NCBI GenBank assembly: GCA_965232835.1
Contig: OZ247426.1
Location: forward strand, 392,509-456,508
Direction of reading: 5' to 3'
Length of the DNA stretch: 64,000 bases
Origin: Dehalococcoidia bacterium
GTDB lineage: Bacteria; Chloroflexota; Dehalococcoidia; Lucifugimonadales; UBA3495
Below the pieces are notes generated by a model. The model was given only the letters and a program-made list of their open reading frames with translations, ran no database searches and was not told where the DNA came from. This document shows, piece after piece, positions 29,598 to 38,791 of this stretch. Made by a program: the position numbers and the translations under genes. Numbering within the stretch: position 1 is the stretch's first letter; the number at the start of each line of letters is the position of its first letter.

Positions 29598-30290
29598 ATG
29601 GAAATTGTCGCCCTGTACGTAGCTGCCTATCTGCTGGGTGCCATCCCCACGGCCTATCTCCTGGGTAAACTGGCAAAGGGAATCGACATTCGCCAGTATG
29701 GGAGCGGAAACGTCGGGGGCGGAAACGTCATCCAGCACGTTGGCAAGAAATGGTTTGTTCCCCAAATGGTTTCCGACTGCCTGGTAAAGGGAGCAGGCAC
29801 CATCTGGTTCTCGGTTTATGTGGCGGGTATCGACTGGAACTCGCCATGGGTGATAGGGCCACCACTGCTGGTACTCGCCGGAAACAATTGGTCTCCCTTC
29901 CTCAAGCTGCAGGGAGGCAGGGGCCTCGGAGTTGCTGCTGGTGCGTTGCTGGCGTTCTCACCTGTGATCCTGGCAATAGCATTGTTGACCTATTTCGGTG
30001 GATATCTCCTGAGCAAAGAGGCGGGGATCTGGGCACTGATCACGCTGGTCTCCCTGCCCGTCCTGGCGCTGGTGATTCCGGCAGAGTTTAAAATGGCAGA
30101 CGGCGGGACAATGGCGTGGTTCTGGTTGGGCGTGCTGGTGTTGGTGATCCTCAAACGCCTGTCCTCAAACTGGGGGCCATTACCCGATAATCTGCCGCGA
30201 GGAAAGGTGTTTATCAATCGCCTGTTCCGGGACAGGGATGTGGACGACCGCAGCAAGTGGGTTGAACGAATTCCCGAAGCGAGCAACTGA
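29598..30290 (+). CDS. plsY: PlsY-family glycerol-3-phosphate acyltransferase homolog (divergent)
   Basis: YLLGAIP, DIRQYGSGNVG and GGRG motifs; lacks the motif-3 His. Confidence 0.7.
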   Translation: MEIVALYVAAYLLGAIPTAYLLGKLAKGIDIRQYGSGNVGGGNVIQHVGKKWFVPQMVSDCLVKGAGTIWFSVYVAGIDWNSPWVIGPPLLVLAGNNWSPFLKLQGGRGLGVAAGALLAFSPVILAIALLTYFGGYLLSKEAGIWALITLVSLPVLALVIPAEFKMADGGTMAWFWLGVLVLVILKRLSSNWGPLPDNLPRGKVFINRLFRDRDVDDRSKWVERIPEASN

Positions 30291-30313
30291 CCATCCGCCA
30301 ACAGGAGCAGATT

Positions 30314-30844
30314 ATGGCCACGGAACCGCGAAGGGCGGGCCAGGAGGCCAACGCCAGTTACTGCAACTGGCATCCCGACACTGAGACACGGTTATTCTGC
30401 AGCCAATGCGGCAAGAGCATCTGCACTCTGTGCATGGTGCAGGTGCCTGTTGGAATTCGTTGCCGGGAATGTGGGCGCGCCGAGCGTTTGCCGACCTACG
30501 ACGTCCAACCTGCGTTCATGTTGAGAGCCGTTGGGGTGGCGGTCGCTGTTGCGCTGGTGGGAGGGCTGCTTTGGCTGGGACTGAATTCGCAGTTTGGCGG
30601 AGTGCCCCTGGTATCTTCGATTTTTGGCCTGGCGGTCGCCTATGCCATTGGTGAACTAATCAGCAGGGCTGTCAATCGAAAACGAGGCGTGACCCTCGCC
30701 TGGATCGCTGGCAGTGCGATGGTGGTTGCCTACCTGATTTCCGGGGGATTCATTTATCTCCTGAGTGGCAACTTTCTCACCGTGATCTTCAGCCTGCTTT
30801 TCCTTGCCATCGCCGTCTACACGGCATCTTCCCGGCTTCGCTGA
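30314..30844 (+). CDS. B-box-type zinc-finger membrane protein
   Basis: CNWHP...CSQCGKSICTLC...CREC followed by about 4 TM helices. Confidence 0.75.
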   Translation: MATEPRRAGQEANASYCNWHPDTETRLFCSQCGKSICTLCMVQVPVGIRCRECGRAERLPTYDVQPAFMLRAVGVAVAVALVGGLLWLGLNSQFGGVPLVSSIFGLAVAYAIGELISRAVNRKRGVTLAWIAGSAMVVAYLISGGFIYLLSGNFLTVIFSLLFLAIAVYTASSRLR

Positions 30845-30884
30845 ACCGGGATTATTTACGACCCTAGTTGCTTTGCGGCCAGCC

Positions 30885-31466
30885 TTATACGCTGTCGTCC
30901 GAAGGGTTGTCGACTTCCAGTTCCTCTCTGAGTTCCTGCAAGACTTGCCGGATAACTGAGGGTTCGAATCCTCGCCGGGCAAGAAAGGCACCGACTCTGC
31001 GGTCAAATGCAGTGCGACCGGCGCCAGATTGTCTGGAGGCGTAGCGTTGAGCCGCCCGCCGGGCCGCGTCTGAGGAGTCGTATCCCTCAAGGGCGTCTTC
31101 AATCAGGTCGTCGGCAACGCCTCGAGTCTTGAGCTCCCTGGCAATCATTCCCCGGCTTCGCGGCTTGTGGCGCTCCCTGCTCTGGCGCCACTGGTTGGCA
31201 TAGTCCGCATCGTCCAGAAGCCCCTCGCTCAGCAGACGCCCTACGGTTTCTTCAACGGCATCCTTACCGAAGCGGCGGCCCAGCTGCTCTCGAATCTCCA
31301 ACACCGTGCGGGGCCGTAGAGCCAATAGTCGCAGTGCCGTGCCGCGAGCACGGTCGGATTCCTTTTTTAATGAGAGGACGGCCTGGACCGTTGACATTGC
31401 GTGCTCTAGGGAGGGGACGGCCTGGAAAGAGCGGTTGGCGTCTTCGATTTGTGCTTCGCGGCTCAT
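30885..31466 (-). CDS. recX: Regulatory protein RecX (start uncertain)
   Basis: ALRLLALRPRT-x2-E, GLLDDADYA, ELKTRGV and FLARRGF motifs; downstream of recA. Confidence 0.9.
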   Translation of the reverse strand: MSREAQIEDANRSFQAVPSLEHAMSTVQAVLSLKKESDRARGTALRLLALRPRTVLEIREQLGRRFGKDAVEETVGRLLSEGLLDDADYANQWRQSRERHKPRSRGMIARELKTRGVADDLIEDALEGYDSSDAARRAAQRYASRQSGAGRTAFDRRVGAFLARRGFEPSVIRQVLQELREELEVDNPSDDSV

Positions 31467-31484
31467 TGATCATGTCCTCACAGC

Positions 31485-31526
31485 AAAAAATGAAAGGGCT
31501 GCCGATGTAAACGGCAGCCCCCTTCA
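31485..31526 (-). terminator. Terminator/attenuating hairpin between recA and recX
   Basis: GGGCTGCCG/CGGCAGCCC stem with a U-tract on the minus strand. Confidence 0.65.
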
Positions 31527-31532
31527 GTCCTG

Positions 31533-32624
31533 CTAGTCGCCAGAGGAGGGTTCGGAGCCGTTGAGGGAGGGAGCTCCGCTAATTTCCAGGGCGTCGTCTT
31601 CTTCGGGCAAGGGTGCGTTGATATCGCTGCCCGCTCTGATGCGGTTTTCCACGGAGTCCGCGATTTCCGGGTGCTGCTGCAGGAACTCCTTGGAGTTCTC
31701 CCGGCCCTGCCCCAGGCGGGTTTCGCCGTAGGAGTAAAAGGCACCGGATTTCTTGATGATGCCCTTGGCGGTGCCGATTTCCAGCAGGTCTCCCATCTTG
31801 CTGATGCCCTGGTTAAACATGATGTCGAATTCCGCGACCCTGAAGGGAGCGGCGACTTTATTCTTGACCACACGGGCCCGGACTCGGTTGCCGATTATCT
31901 CCGAGCCCTGCTTGATGGACTCGATGCGGCGCAGGTCGATGCGGACCGAGCTGTAGAATTTCAGGGCGCGGCCACCGGGCGTGACCTCCGGGCTGCCGTA
32001 GGTTACGCCCACTTTTTCTCGGAGCTGGTTGATGAACACAACGGCGGTCTTGGACTTGTGGATTGTGCCGGTGAGCTTGCGCAAGGCCTGCGACATCAGC
32101 CTGGCCTGTAGGCCGACGTGCGTGTCGCCCATGTCGCCTTCGATTTCCGCCTGCGGTACCAGGGCCGCGACGCTGTCGACGACTATGGCGTCGATGGCGC
32201 CGCTGCGTACCAGCTGCTCGGTGATATCCAGGGCCTGCTCGGCGCTGTCGGGCTGGGCTATGAGCAACTCATTGAGGTCCAGACCGCAGCTGGCCGCGTA
32301 TGTCGGGTCGAGGGCGTGCTCCACGTCGATGTAGGCGGCGACCCCGCCTGCTTTCTGGGTCTCGGACATCAGGTGAATCGCCAGGGTGGACTTCCCGGCC
32401 GATTCTGCGCCAAAGACTTCGGTGACCCGTCCCCGGGGTATTCCCCCGGTACCCAGGGCGATGTCCACCGCTAGGGAGCCCGTGGAGATGGACTCGGTGG
32501 TGAGCGAGTTACTCAGTTCGCCCAGGCGCATGACCGCGCCCCTGCCGTGGTCCTTCTCGATGCTGCTGAGGGCGATATCCAGCGCAGCTTTCTTGTCGGT
32601 TGTCATCTTGTCCTTTTTCATCAC
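31533..32624 (-). CDS. recA: Recombinase RecA
   Basis: [28 protein letters not shown] and [12 protein letters not shown] motifs; no intein. Confidence 0.99.
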   Translation of the reverse strand: MMKKDKMTTDKKAALDIALSSIEKDHGRGAVMRLGELSNSLTTESISTGSLAVDIALGTGGIPRGRVTEVFGAESAGKSTLAIHLMSETQKAGGVAAYIDVEHALDPTYAASCGLDLNELLIAQPDSAEQALDITEQLVRSGAIDAIVVDSVAALVPQAEIEGDMGDTHVGLQARLMSQALRKLTGTIHKSKTAVVFINQLREKVGVTYGSPEVTPGGRALKFYSSVRIDLRRIESIKQGSEIIGNRVRARVVKNKVAAPFRVAEFDIMFNQGISKMGDLLEIGTAKGIIKKSGAFYSYGETRLGQGRENSKEFLQQHPEIADSVENRIRAGSDINAPLPEEDDALEISGAPSLNGSEPSSGD

Positions 32625-32658
32625 CCTGCACTTGCCTCCCTTTGGAATAGGCCAAGAC

Positions 32659-32671
32659 TAACATTTGTTCT
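32659..32671 (-). promoter_or_regulatory. Putative LexA (SOS) box
   Basis: Minus strand AGAAC-AAAT-GTTA, one mismatch to the GAAC-N4-GTTC box used by Gram-positives and Dehalococcoides; just upstream of recA. Confidence 0.6.
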
Positions 32672-32781
32672 AATATGTCTACAACAGCCAACTGTCATCA
32701 ATTTAAAACTTCTGATAAAACGCACTTGCACTCTTCAGCAAAGTCCGCTGAGGCAGGGATACCGAGGGCCGGGACGTAGAT

Positions 32782-32797
32782 CGGGCCAACTGGCCCG
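32782..32797 (-). promoter_or_regulatory. Candidate SECIS hairpin for the UXX-star gene
   Basis: CGGGCC-AGTT-GGCCCG starting 12 nt 3' of the UGA. Confidence 0.55.
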
Positions 32798-32800
32798 GAG

Positions 32801-33034
32801 CTAGAACTCTCAAGTACCGCCCTTGAACCCGATGGTTACCGTGCCGTTTTCAACGATCACCGGAGTCACCCGCTCGCCGTTGGTGAGGCCGAGCAATTCG
32901 GGTATTCTGTCTTCCTGTTTGGACAGGTCCACGTCTTCGTAGGCCACCTTGCGCTTTCGGTAGTCCATCTTGGCCGCCGCCGAAAAGGCGCAATCGGGAT
33001 GGGTGTAGAGGATTACCTGGCTGTCTTGCGTCAC
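32801..33034 (-). CDS. UXX-star glutaredoxin-like selenoprotein (Sec at TGA 32810-32812)
   Basis: Glutaredoxin fold (CAFS, TPVIV, IGF) ending GGT-TGA-GAG-TTC-TAG = U-E-F-stop; hairpin 12 nt after the UGA; selD is in the window. Confidence 0.8.
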
Positions 33035-33240
33035 GTAGCACCCCTGTGTACATGTTTGTCAGGGAAGAGCAATACGCCTCCCCATTTTCAGGAATTGTAC
33101 GCGGCCACGCACTTTTGTTCAACGAAGGGATGTTCTTTGTTTGCCTCCCGAATCAGACCGCAATCGCGGATTGAGCGTTCGGATGTTATGCTAGGGAGGC
33201 CCCGAAAACGACTATAGTTTCCCGCAAGGCTCCGTTTCCG

Positions 33241-34428
33241 ATGCAATCATCCAACGACCGCCCGGCTATCGACACCGTCTCTACACTGCTTGACGCATTC
33301 TCGGTGGGTGTTGGCCGAATCACCCCCGGACCCCGGGGCTCTCGTCTTAGTGGTGAGCCCCGACTGCTGTTGGAAACGGCCGTGGATGCCCTCACCAGCG
33401 CCGAGCTTGACGGCAACGAATTGGTGTACGGGAATGCCTGCTACGCCCTGGGACGGCACGAGAATGCTTCGGAGTTCTACCGGACGCTGCTGGACAGGGA
33501 GCCTGCCAACGTCGACGCTCGGTTCAACCTGGGGCTGGCGTACCTGCGCCTGAGGCAGCCGGAAGAAGCAGTGCGGGAATTCACGGAAACACTGGTTCGC
33601 TCTCCCCAAATGGCTGAGGCATACTACCAGAGGGGCAACGCTCACGATGATCTGGGGGAGTTCGAGCGTGCGCTCTCGGATTATCAGCGCGCCATTGATC
33701 TCTCACCGGGGTATGTCCAGCCCATGTATAACAGGGGCATTGTGCTGGCCAGCGCCGGACGGCACCAGGAGGCGGTTGCCCAGTTTGACCGGGTGATCGA
33801 AGTCCGTCCGGACATCGGCAACGCCCACCTGAACCGGGGAGCGTCACTGGACGAACTGAGCCTGCACGACGAGGCCATTGACAGTTACGCTCGTGCCGCC
33901 GAGTTGAACCCCGAAGACCCTCGTGCCCTCTTCAACCGCGCTCGCACCTGCTATTACCTGGGGCGGTTGCAGGATGCCCTGGATGACTATACCCAGGTGC
34001 TGCGGCTTGACCCGGAAGATGCCGAGGCATACAACAATCGCGGCCTGGCCTATGACGCGCTGGGAGACTACGAGTCGGCAGTGGCCGACTACGAGCAGGC
34101 GCTGACGGTGCGCCCCGATTTCGCCGAGGCCCACAGCAACCGGGGGGCCGTGCTCGAAGCCCAGGGTGATGTGGAGGAGGCGCTGGAAGCCTATCGCCAG
34201 GCCCTGGCCGCCAATCCCATCCTGGCCTCCGCCCACTACAACGCGGCGCGGGTGTATGCTCAGCTCGACGATCTGGAATCATGCCTGGGACACATGGACA
34301 GCCTGCTGGCGCTGTCTCCCGAGATGGCCGAGGACGCCGCACAGGACGAACACCTGCGCTGGGCCCTTCGCATGCGGGAAATGCGGGACACTCGTGGACC
34401 TGGAGAGGGCACTAACAGCGCAGGTTAG
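33241..34428 (+). CDS. Tetratricopeptide-repeat protein
   Basis: About 9 tandem 34-aa repeats of the AYxNRG...A...Y..A..L.P pattern. Confidence 0.9.
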   Translation: MQSSNDRPAIDTVSTLLDAFSVGVGRITPGPRGSRLSGEPRLLLETAVDALTSAELDGNELVYGNACYALGRHENASEFYRTLLDREPANVDARFNLGLAYLRLRQPEEAVREFTETLVRSPQMAEAYYQRGNAHDDLGEFERALSDYQRAIDLSPGYVQPMYNRGIVLASAGRHQEAVAQFDRVIEVRPDIGNAHLNRGASLDELSLHDEAIDSYARAAELNPEDPRALFNRARTCYYLGRLQDALDDYTQVLRLDPEDAEAYNNRGLAYDALGDYESAVADYEQALTVRPDFAEAHSNRGAVLEAQGDVEEALEAYRQALAANPILASAHYNAARVYAQLDDLESCLGHMDSLLALSPEMAEDAAQDEHLRWALRMREMRDTRGPGEGTNSAG

Positions 34429-34445
34429 CTGCCGCCCTATCAAGG

Positions 34446-35090
34446 CTACGGTAATTCCGGCTCTGTCTCCAGATCGTCGATAATGTCAGCATCGTCGGAG
34501 GAACTGATACGGCGGCGGACGATCAGGCTCCGAAGCAGGACCAGCACCGCCAGGATGGTGAGCCCCGTAACCAGATCCAAGTCCACGCTGTAGGCAATGC
34601 TCAGACCCAGCATCAACAAGAAGCCAGTGCAGATGCCCCACGAGGACCGCAGGTAGTGATTTCGCAGCAGCAGCACCGTTGCCACTCCCGCCACCGCCGC
34701 CAGCAGGGTCAGTTCGGGAACCAGCGCGAAACTGACGCCGATCAGCGGAGTCATGGCGTCTCCGCCCCTGAATGAGGAGAATACCGATACCCAGTGGCCC
34801 ACGATGGCTGCCGAGGCGGCCACCAGGGTAAGCGGCGCCTCGACGCCCAGTCCCCAGGCGACAATAACCGCCAGGGAGCCCTTGCCGACATCGCAAATAA
34901 ACACCAGGAGGGCGCTGCGCCGACCGACATTCCAGAAAACGTTGGCCGTGCCAGCGAGAGTGGTCCCGGTGTTGAAAATGTCCACGCCCTTGACGTAGCG
35001 GCTTACCCACTGGGCGAAGGGCAGGGCTCCGAGCAGATATCCGATAATTCCGGATGCGACCAGGAGGGTAATCTCCATCGGGCCGTCCAT
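34446..35090 (-). CDS. Second PlsY-family membrane protein (divergent)
   Basis: GYLLGALP, GTANV, DVGKG, GHW and FRGG motifs. Confidence 0.7.
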   Translation of the reverse strand: MDGPMEITLLVASGIIGYLLGALPFAQWVSRYVKGVDIFNTGTTLAGTANVFWNVGRRSALLVFICDVGKGSLAVIVAWGLGVEAPLTLVAASAAIVGHWVSVFSSFRGGDAMTPLIGVSFALVPELTLLAAVAGVATVLLLRNHYLRSSWGICTGFLLMLGLSIAYSVDLDLVTGLTILAVLVLLRSLIVRRRISSSDDADIIDDLETEPELP

Positions 35091-35362
35091 CTATCCTCGT
35101 CCGCTACGGATGTGAATGGCTGATTCAGTAGGCGGGTCATTGCGAACCCGTCATCAATTACAAATATAACAGCCGGTACCTCGGTATGGTAGGGTGCTTA
35201 ATCCAGGGATCAACGAGTTATCACCGGCCACCAACTTTCCAGCCAGGGAGGCCCAGGATGTAGCGGCTGCTGTCCGCTATACTCTGGTGGGTTGCCGGGC
35301 TCGCTTGGCCTGGCGCCTGACATACCGGCGAGACAGGCCGAAACCGGTGAGGATAGAAAAGA

Positions 35363-36595
35363 ATGACCTCAGCTCAGACGACCGGCCCTCTGGCCGGTAT
35401 GGTGGTACTCGATCTCACGCAGATCCTGGCCGGGCCAATGTGCACCATGGTACTGGGGGACATGGGCGCCGACGTGATCAAGATCGAGAAGCCCAACGGC
35501 GGCGATGACAACCGGCGCATGGGTCCCCCGTTCATCAAGGACTGGTCCGCCGGCTTCCTGGCGGTCAATCGCAACAAGCGCAGTCTGGTCCTGGACCTTC
35601 GCAGCGAGCAAGGACGCGAGGTCTTCCGCCGGCTGGTCAAGGGCGCTGATGTGGTGGTGGAGAATTTTCGCCCCGGCGTGATGGAACGCATGGGCCTGGA
35701 CTATCCCGCGCTGCGCGACGTCAAGCCCAGCCTGGTCTACTGCACTATTTCCGGGTTCGGCAGCACGGGTCCCGCCCGCAATCGCGGCGGATTCGACCTG
35801 GTGGCCCAGGGCGTCAGCGGACTGATGAGCATCACCGGCCATCCCGATTCCCCGCCGGCCAAAGTCGGAGTACCCATTACCGACCTCACTGCCGGCCTGT
35901 TCGGGGCTAACGGCGTGATGGCGGCCTATGTGCATGCCCTCAAGACAGGCGAAGGGCAGATGGTGGACACGTCGCTGATGGAGGCCGGGGTGGCATACAC
36001 CGTTTGGGAGTCCTCGGTGTACTTCGCGGAAGGGGAGATCCCCGGGCCGCTCGGCTCCGCTCACCGTGTGTCGGCCCCTTATCAGGCCCTGCGGACGAAG
36101 AACGGCTACCTGAACCTCGGAGCAGCGACGCAGCCGACCTGGGAGCAGCTTTGCCGGGCCATTCATCGTGAGGACCTAATGGACGATGACCGGTTCCGGA
36201 ACCCGTGGGACCGCAAGGCACGGGAAGAGGAGCTTGCGGCCCTGTTGGAGGAGACCTTTTCCACCGAGGACACCGAGCACTGGCTGGAGTTGCTGGACGC
36301 CGCAGGGGTGGTTGCCGGGCCGATCTACAACATGGAACAGGTCTACCAGGATCCGCAGGTCCTGGCGCGGGAGATGCTGGTGGATACGGACGACCCAGAG
36401 CTTGGCACCTTACATAATATCGGCGTGCCGGTGAAGCTCTCAGCCACGCCGGGCAGGATTCGCAGACGGGCCCCGGCTCTTGGCGAACACTCCGGCGAGG
36501 TACTGCGGGAACGCGGTTTCACCCAGGATGAGGTGGATGACCTGCTGGCCGAGGGAGTCATCCTGGGCAGCCAGGGCAGCGGCAGCAGGAGGTAG
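35363..36595 (+). CDS. CoA-transferase family III (CaiB/BaiF)
   Basis: PLAG-x2-VLDL, GADVIKIE, NRNKRS, ENFRPG and GFDLVAQ motifs. Confidence 0.93.
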   Translation: MTSAQTTGPLAGMVVLDLTQILAGPMCTMVLGDMGADVIKIEKPNGGDDNRRMGPPFIKDWSAGFLAVNRNKRSLVLDLRSEQGREVFRRLVKGADVVVENFRPGVMERMGLDYPALRDVKPSLVYCTISGFGSTGPARNRGGFDLVAQGVSGLMSITGHPDSPPAKVGVPITDLTAGLFGANGVMAAYVHALKTGEGQMVDTSLMEAGVAYTVWESSVYFAEGEIPGPLGSAHRVSAPYQALRTKNGYLNLGAATQPTWEQLCRAIHREDLMDDDRFRNPWDRKAREEELAALLEETFSTEDTEHWLELLDAAGVVAGPIYNMEQVYQDPQVLAREMLVDTDDPELGTLHNIGVPVKLSATPGRIRRRAPALGEHSGEVLRERGFTQDEVDDLLAEGVILGSQGSGSRR

Positions 36596-36604
36596 GCGGC
36601 CCGG

Positions 36605-37816
36605 CTACTCCTCGCCGAAGTAGCGCCGCCGCTCGGCTTCCCCCAGCGGGCCGCCGGGTCCGCTGAGGAACGTGTCCGGATTCCTGGTGCGGTCGTCGCG
36701 CCAGCTGCGGAAAGCGCGTGCGCGCACTGCGTCGGCGTCGGGTCCCGTGTCCATCAGAAGCTGCGTTTGCCAGTTTTCCATGGAGTGGACCACGTTGAAA
36801 TATTCGCTCCGCGCCTCCGCGTATGCCCGGCCGGCAGCGTCCCAGTCGTCATCCTCCAGCAACAGTCCCTTCAGGACGCGAGCGTCGCGCAGGGCCATGG
36901 AGAGTCCCTGGCCCCAGGTGGGATCGGTGTTTGCGGCGGCGTCGCCGACCAGCGCCACACCGTCGCGGTAGGCCGACTTGGCCCAGGTGGTGCGACCCTC
37001 GAACGTTGCCAGCGGCCCGGCGGGAACAGCGGTTGCGTACACCTCGGCGGGCACGCCGGAGGCAATGCACTCGCCCAGCACCACAGGTATGTCGTCCGGC
37101 CCACTGTACCGAGGGGCGCTGCCCTCGGCGTAGCAGAGATACACGCGCGCCCGTCCATTCCCCTGTGGAAAGTTCAGTATGAAGTGGCCCGTTTCGGTGT
37201 CCAGCCATGCGTGGGTGGCGTCGTGGGGCAAGGCAACATTATCCAGGAGGAGTCCGGCGACCAGGTTGCGCTCGGTGTCGCGAGCGACGGGGAACCCGGC
37301 CCAGCCGCGAGTCGGGGAGCCCCGGCCATCGGCGCCCACTACCAGCCTGCACCTGAGTTGAGTTGGAGACCCGTTTCTCTCGACCGACACAGTTGGCGGC
37401 TCATCGTTTTCGGCACCGGACACGCCACTGACTCGAGTCGACCCCCACACGTCCGCTCCCGCGCTCTCGGCGTGTTCCAGCAGTGCGGCCTGCAGCGCCG
37501 GGTGGTAGCAGGCCATTACCGGCTCGCCGGCGCGTGTGGTCTTGGTGAGGTCCCTGTGGCCAGAGCGGTCTGGGCCGACGTAGGAGTCCCAGTGCGTCAG
37601 GGGATTGGCGCCGGCTTGTTCCAGGACGCCGTCGAGGCCGAGCAGTTTGGCCTCAGCAACGCCCCAGGGCATGATCGCTTCTCCACGCACCCGGTCGCGG
37701 AAGGATCCTTCAGCTTCGATCACGAGTGTGCGGGCCCCGGCAGCAGCCATGCCAGCCGCGAGGGCCGAGCCAGCCACGCCACCACCGACGACGATCAGGT
37801 CGTAATCCTGGTTCAA
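36605..37816 (-). CDS. FAD-dependent monooxygenase/oxidoreductase
   Basis: GGGVAG, VGADGRGS and LVGDAA-x3-DP-x2-GQG motifs. Confidence 0.88.
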   Translation of the reverse strand: MNQDYDLIVVGGGVAGSALAAGMAAAGARTLVIEAEGSFRDRVRGEAIMPWGVAEAKLLGLDGVLEQAGANPLTHWDSYVGPDRSGHRDLTKTTRAGEPVMACYHPALQAALLEHAESAGADVWGSTRVSGVSGAENDEPPTVSVERNGSPTQLRCRLVVGADGRGSPTRGWAGFPVARDTERNLVAGLLLDNVALPHDATHAWLDTETGHFILNFPQGNGRARVYLCYAEGSAPRYSGPDDIPVVLGECIASGVPAEVYATAVPAGPLATFEGRTTWAKSAYRDGVALVGDAAANTDPTWGQGLSMALRDARVLKGLLLEDDDWDAAGRAYAEARSEYFNVVHSMENWQTQLLMDTGPDADAVRARAFRSWRDDRTRNPDTFLSGPGGPLGEAERRRYFGEE

Positions 37817-37858
37817 GGCAACTCCGAGAATCCGGACGTGTCGATGGCCAGCATCACG

Positions 37859-38689
37859 TCAGGTGGCGGTGCGCCAGGGCAGCCCATCGGTGGCCGAGAG
37901 AAATCCATCAATCAGCACGGGGCTGGAGCAGATCACGCTGGGTGTGAACAGGGTGGCGTCATTGCCCTGCCGGTCGACGACCCTGCCTCCCGCTTCCTGG
38001 GCGATGATCAGCCCGGCGGCGATGTCCCATGGGGACAGCGAGTGGTGGAAGAACAGGTCGACGCGTCCCGAGGCGGCGTAGGCAACGCCCAGGCCAGCGG
38101 AACCCATGAGCCGCACGCTGTACATTCCGGGCCAGAGGGAACGCAACAGGTCGATGGCCAGCCCTGCCTTTTCGTCCACGTAACCGAGGTCGAAGCTGAG
38201 CAGGGACCGGGAGAGCTCGGTGGTCTCAGAAACCGAAATGGCCGAGCCGTTGAGGAATGCCCCCTGCCCTTTTGCAGCGGTGAAGGTTTCCTCCCGCACC
38301 GGATCGTAGACTACCCCGGCGATGACTTCGTCTTCTTGTGCCAGGGCAACGATGGTGCAAAAGTGGGGGATGCTCTGGGCATAGTTGCGGGTGCCGTCCA
38401 GCGGGTCCACGACCCAGCGATAGGGCGAGGCGCCGGCGACCGGTTTTGACTCCTCGGCCAGGATGCCGAAGTCCGGGAATGCCCCTGTGAGGATTTCCAG
38501 CACGGCCTGTTCGGCCTTCACGTCGATGTCCGTAACGATATCGGCCCGGCCCTTGAAGGTGATCTGCCGGTCCGAGTTCCATCCGCCTCGAATAATCTCG
38601 CCAGCGGCCCGGGTGGCCGCCAGTGCCACGTCCATGGCGCTTCGCCCGTCGGCGGTCGTCGGGAGAGCGCCTGTCGAATTTTCTGTCAT
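37859..38689 (-). CDS. suhB: Inositol monophosphatase family protein
   Basis: VT-x2-D, EE, WVVDPLDGTRNY and WDIAAG motifs. Confidence 0.85.
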   Translation of the reverse strand: MTENSTGALPTTADGRSAMDVALAATRAAGEIIRGGWNSDRQITFKGRADIVTDIDVKAEQAVLEILTGAFPDFGILAEESKPVAGASPYRWVVDPLDGTRNYAQSIPHFCTIVALAQEDEVIAGVVYDPVREETFTAAKGQGAFLNGSAISVSETTELSRSLLSFDLGYVDEKAGLAIDLLRSLWPGMYSVRLMGSAGLGVAYAASGRVDLFFHHSLSPWDIAAGLIIAQEAGGRVVDRQGNDATLFTPSVICSSPVLIDGFLSATDGLPWRTAT

Positions 38690-38791
38690 GCTTTGGGGAT
38701 ACTTCCTTGTCCAAAAGTTCAATGGTCGCAGGAGAAGGGTGGTCACCTCTGCCGGCTTATCGATGACTCGCTTGATTGTTATTTGTAGCCG

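Noticed and set aside
31533-32624. Intein or intron in recA
   Set aside because: The protein has normal length and continuous motifs.
36767-38449. 560-aa plus-strand ORF and other long antisense ORFs (e.g. 2844-4418, 1336-2598, 28572-29765, 47437-48516)
   Set aside because: They are antisense shadows of well-supported genes in high-GC DNA and have no recognisable motifs.
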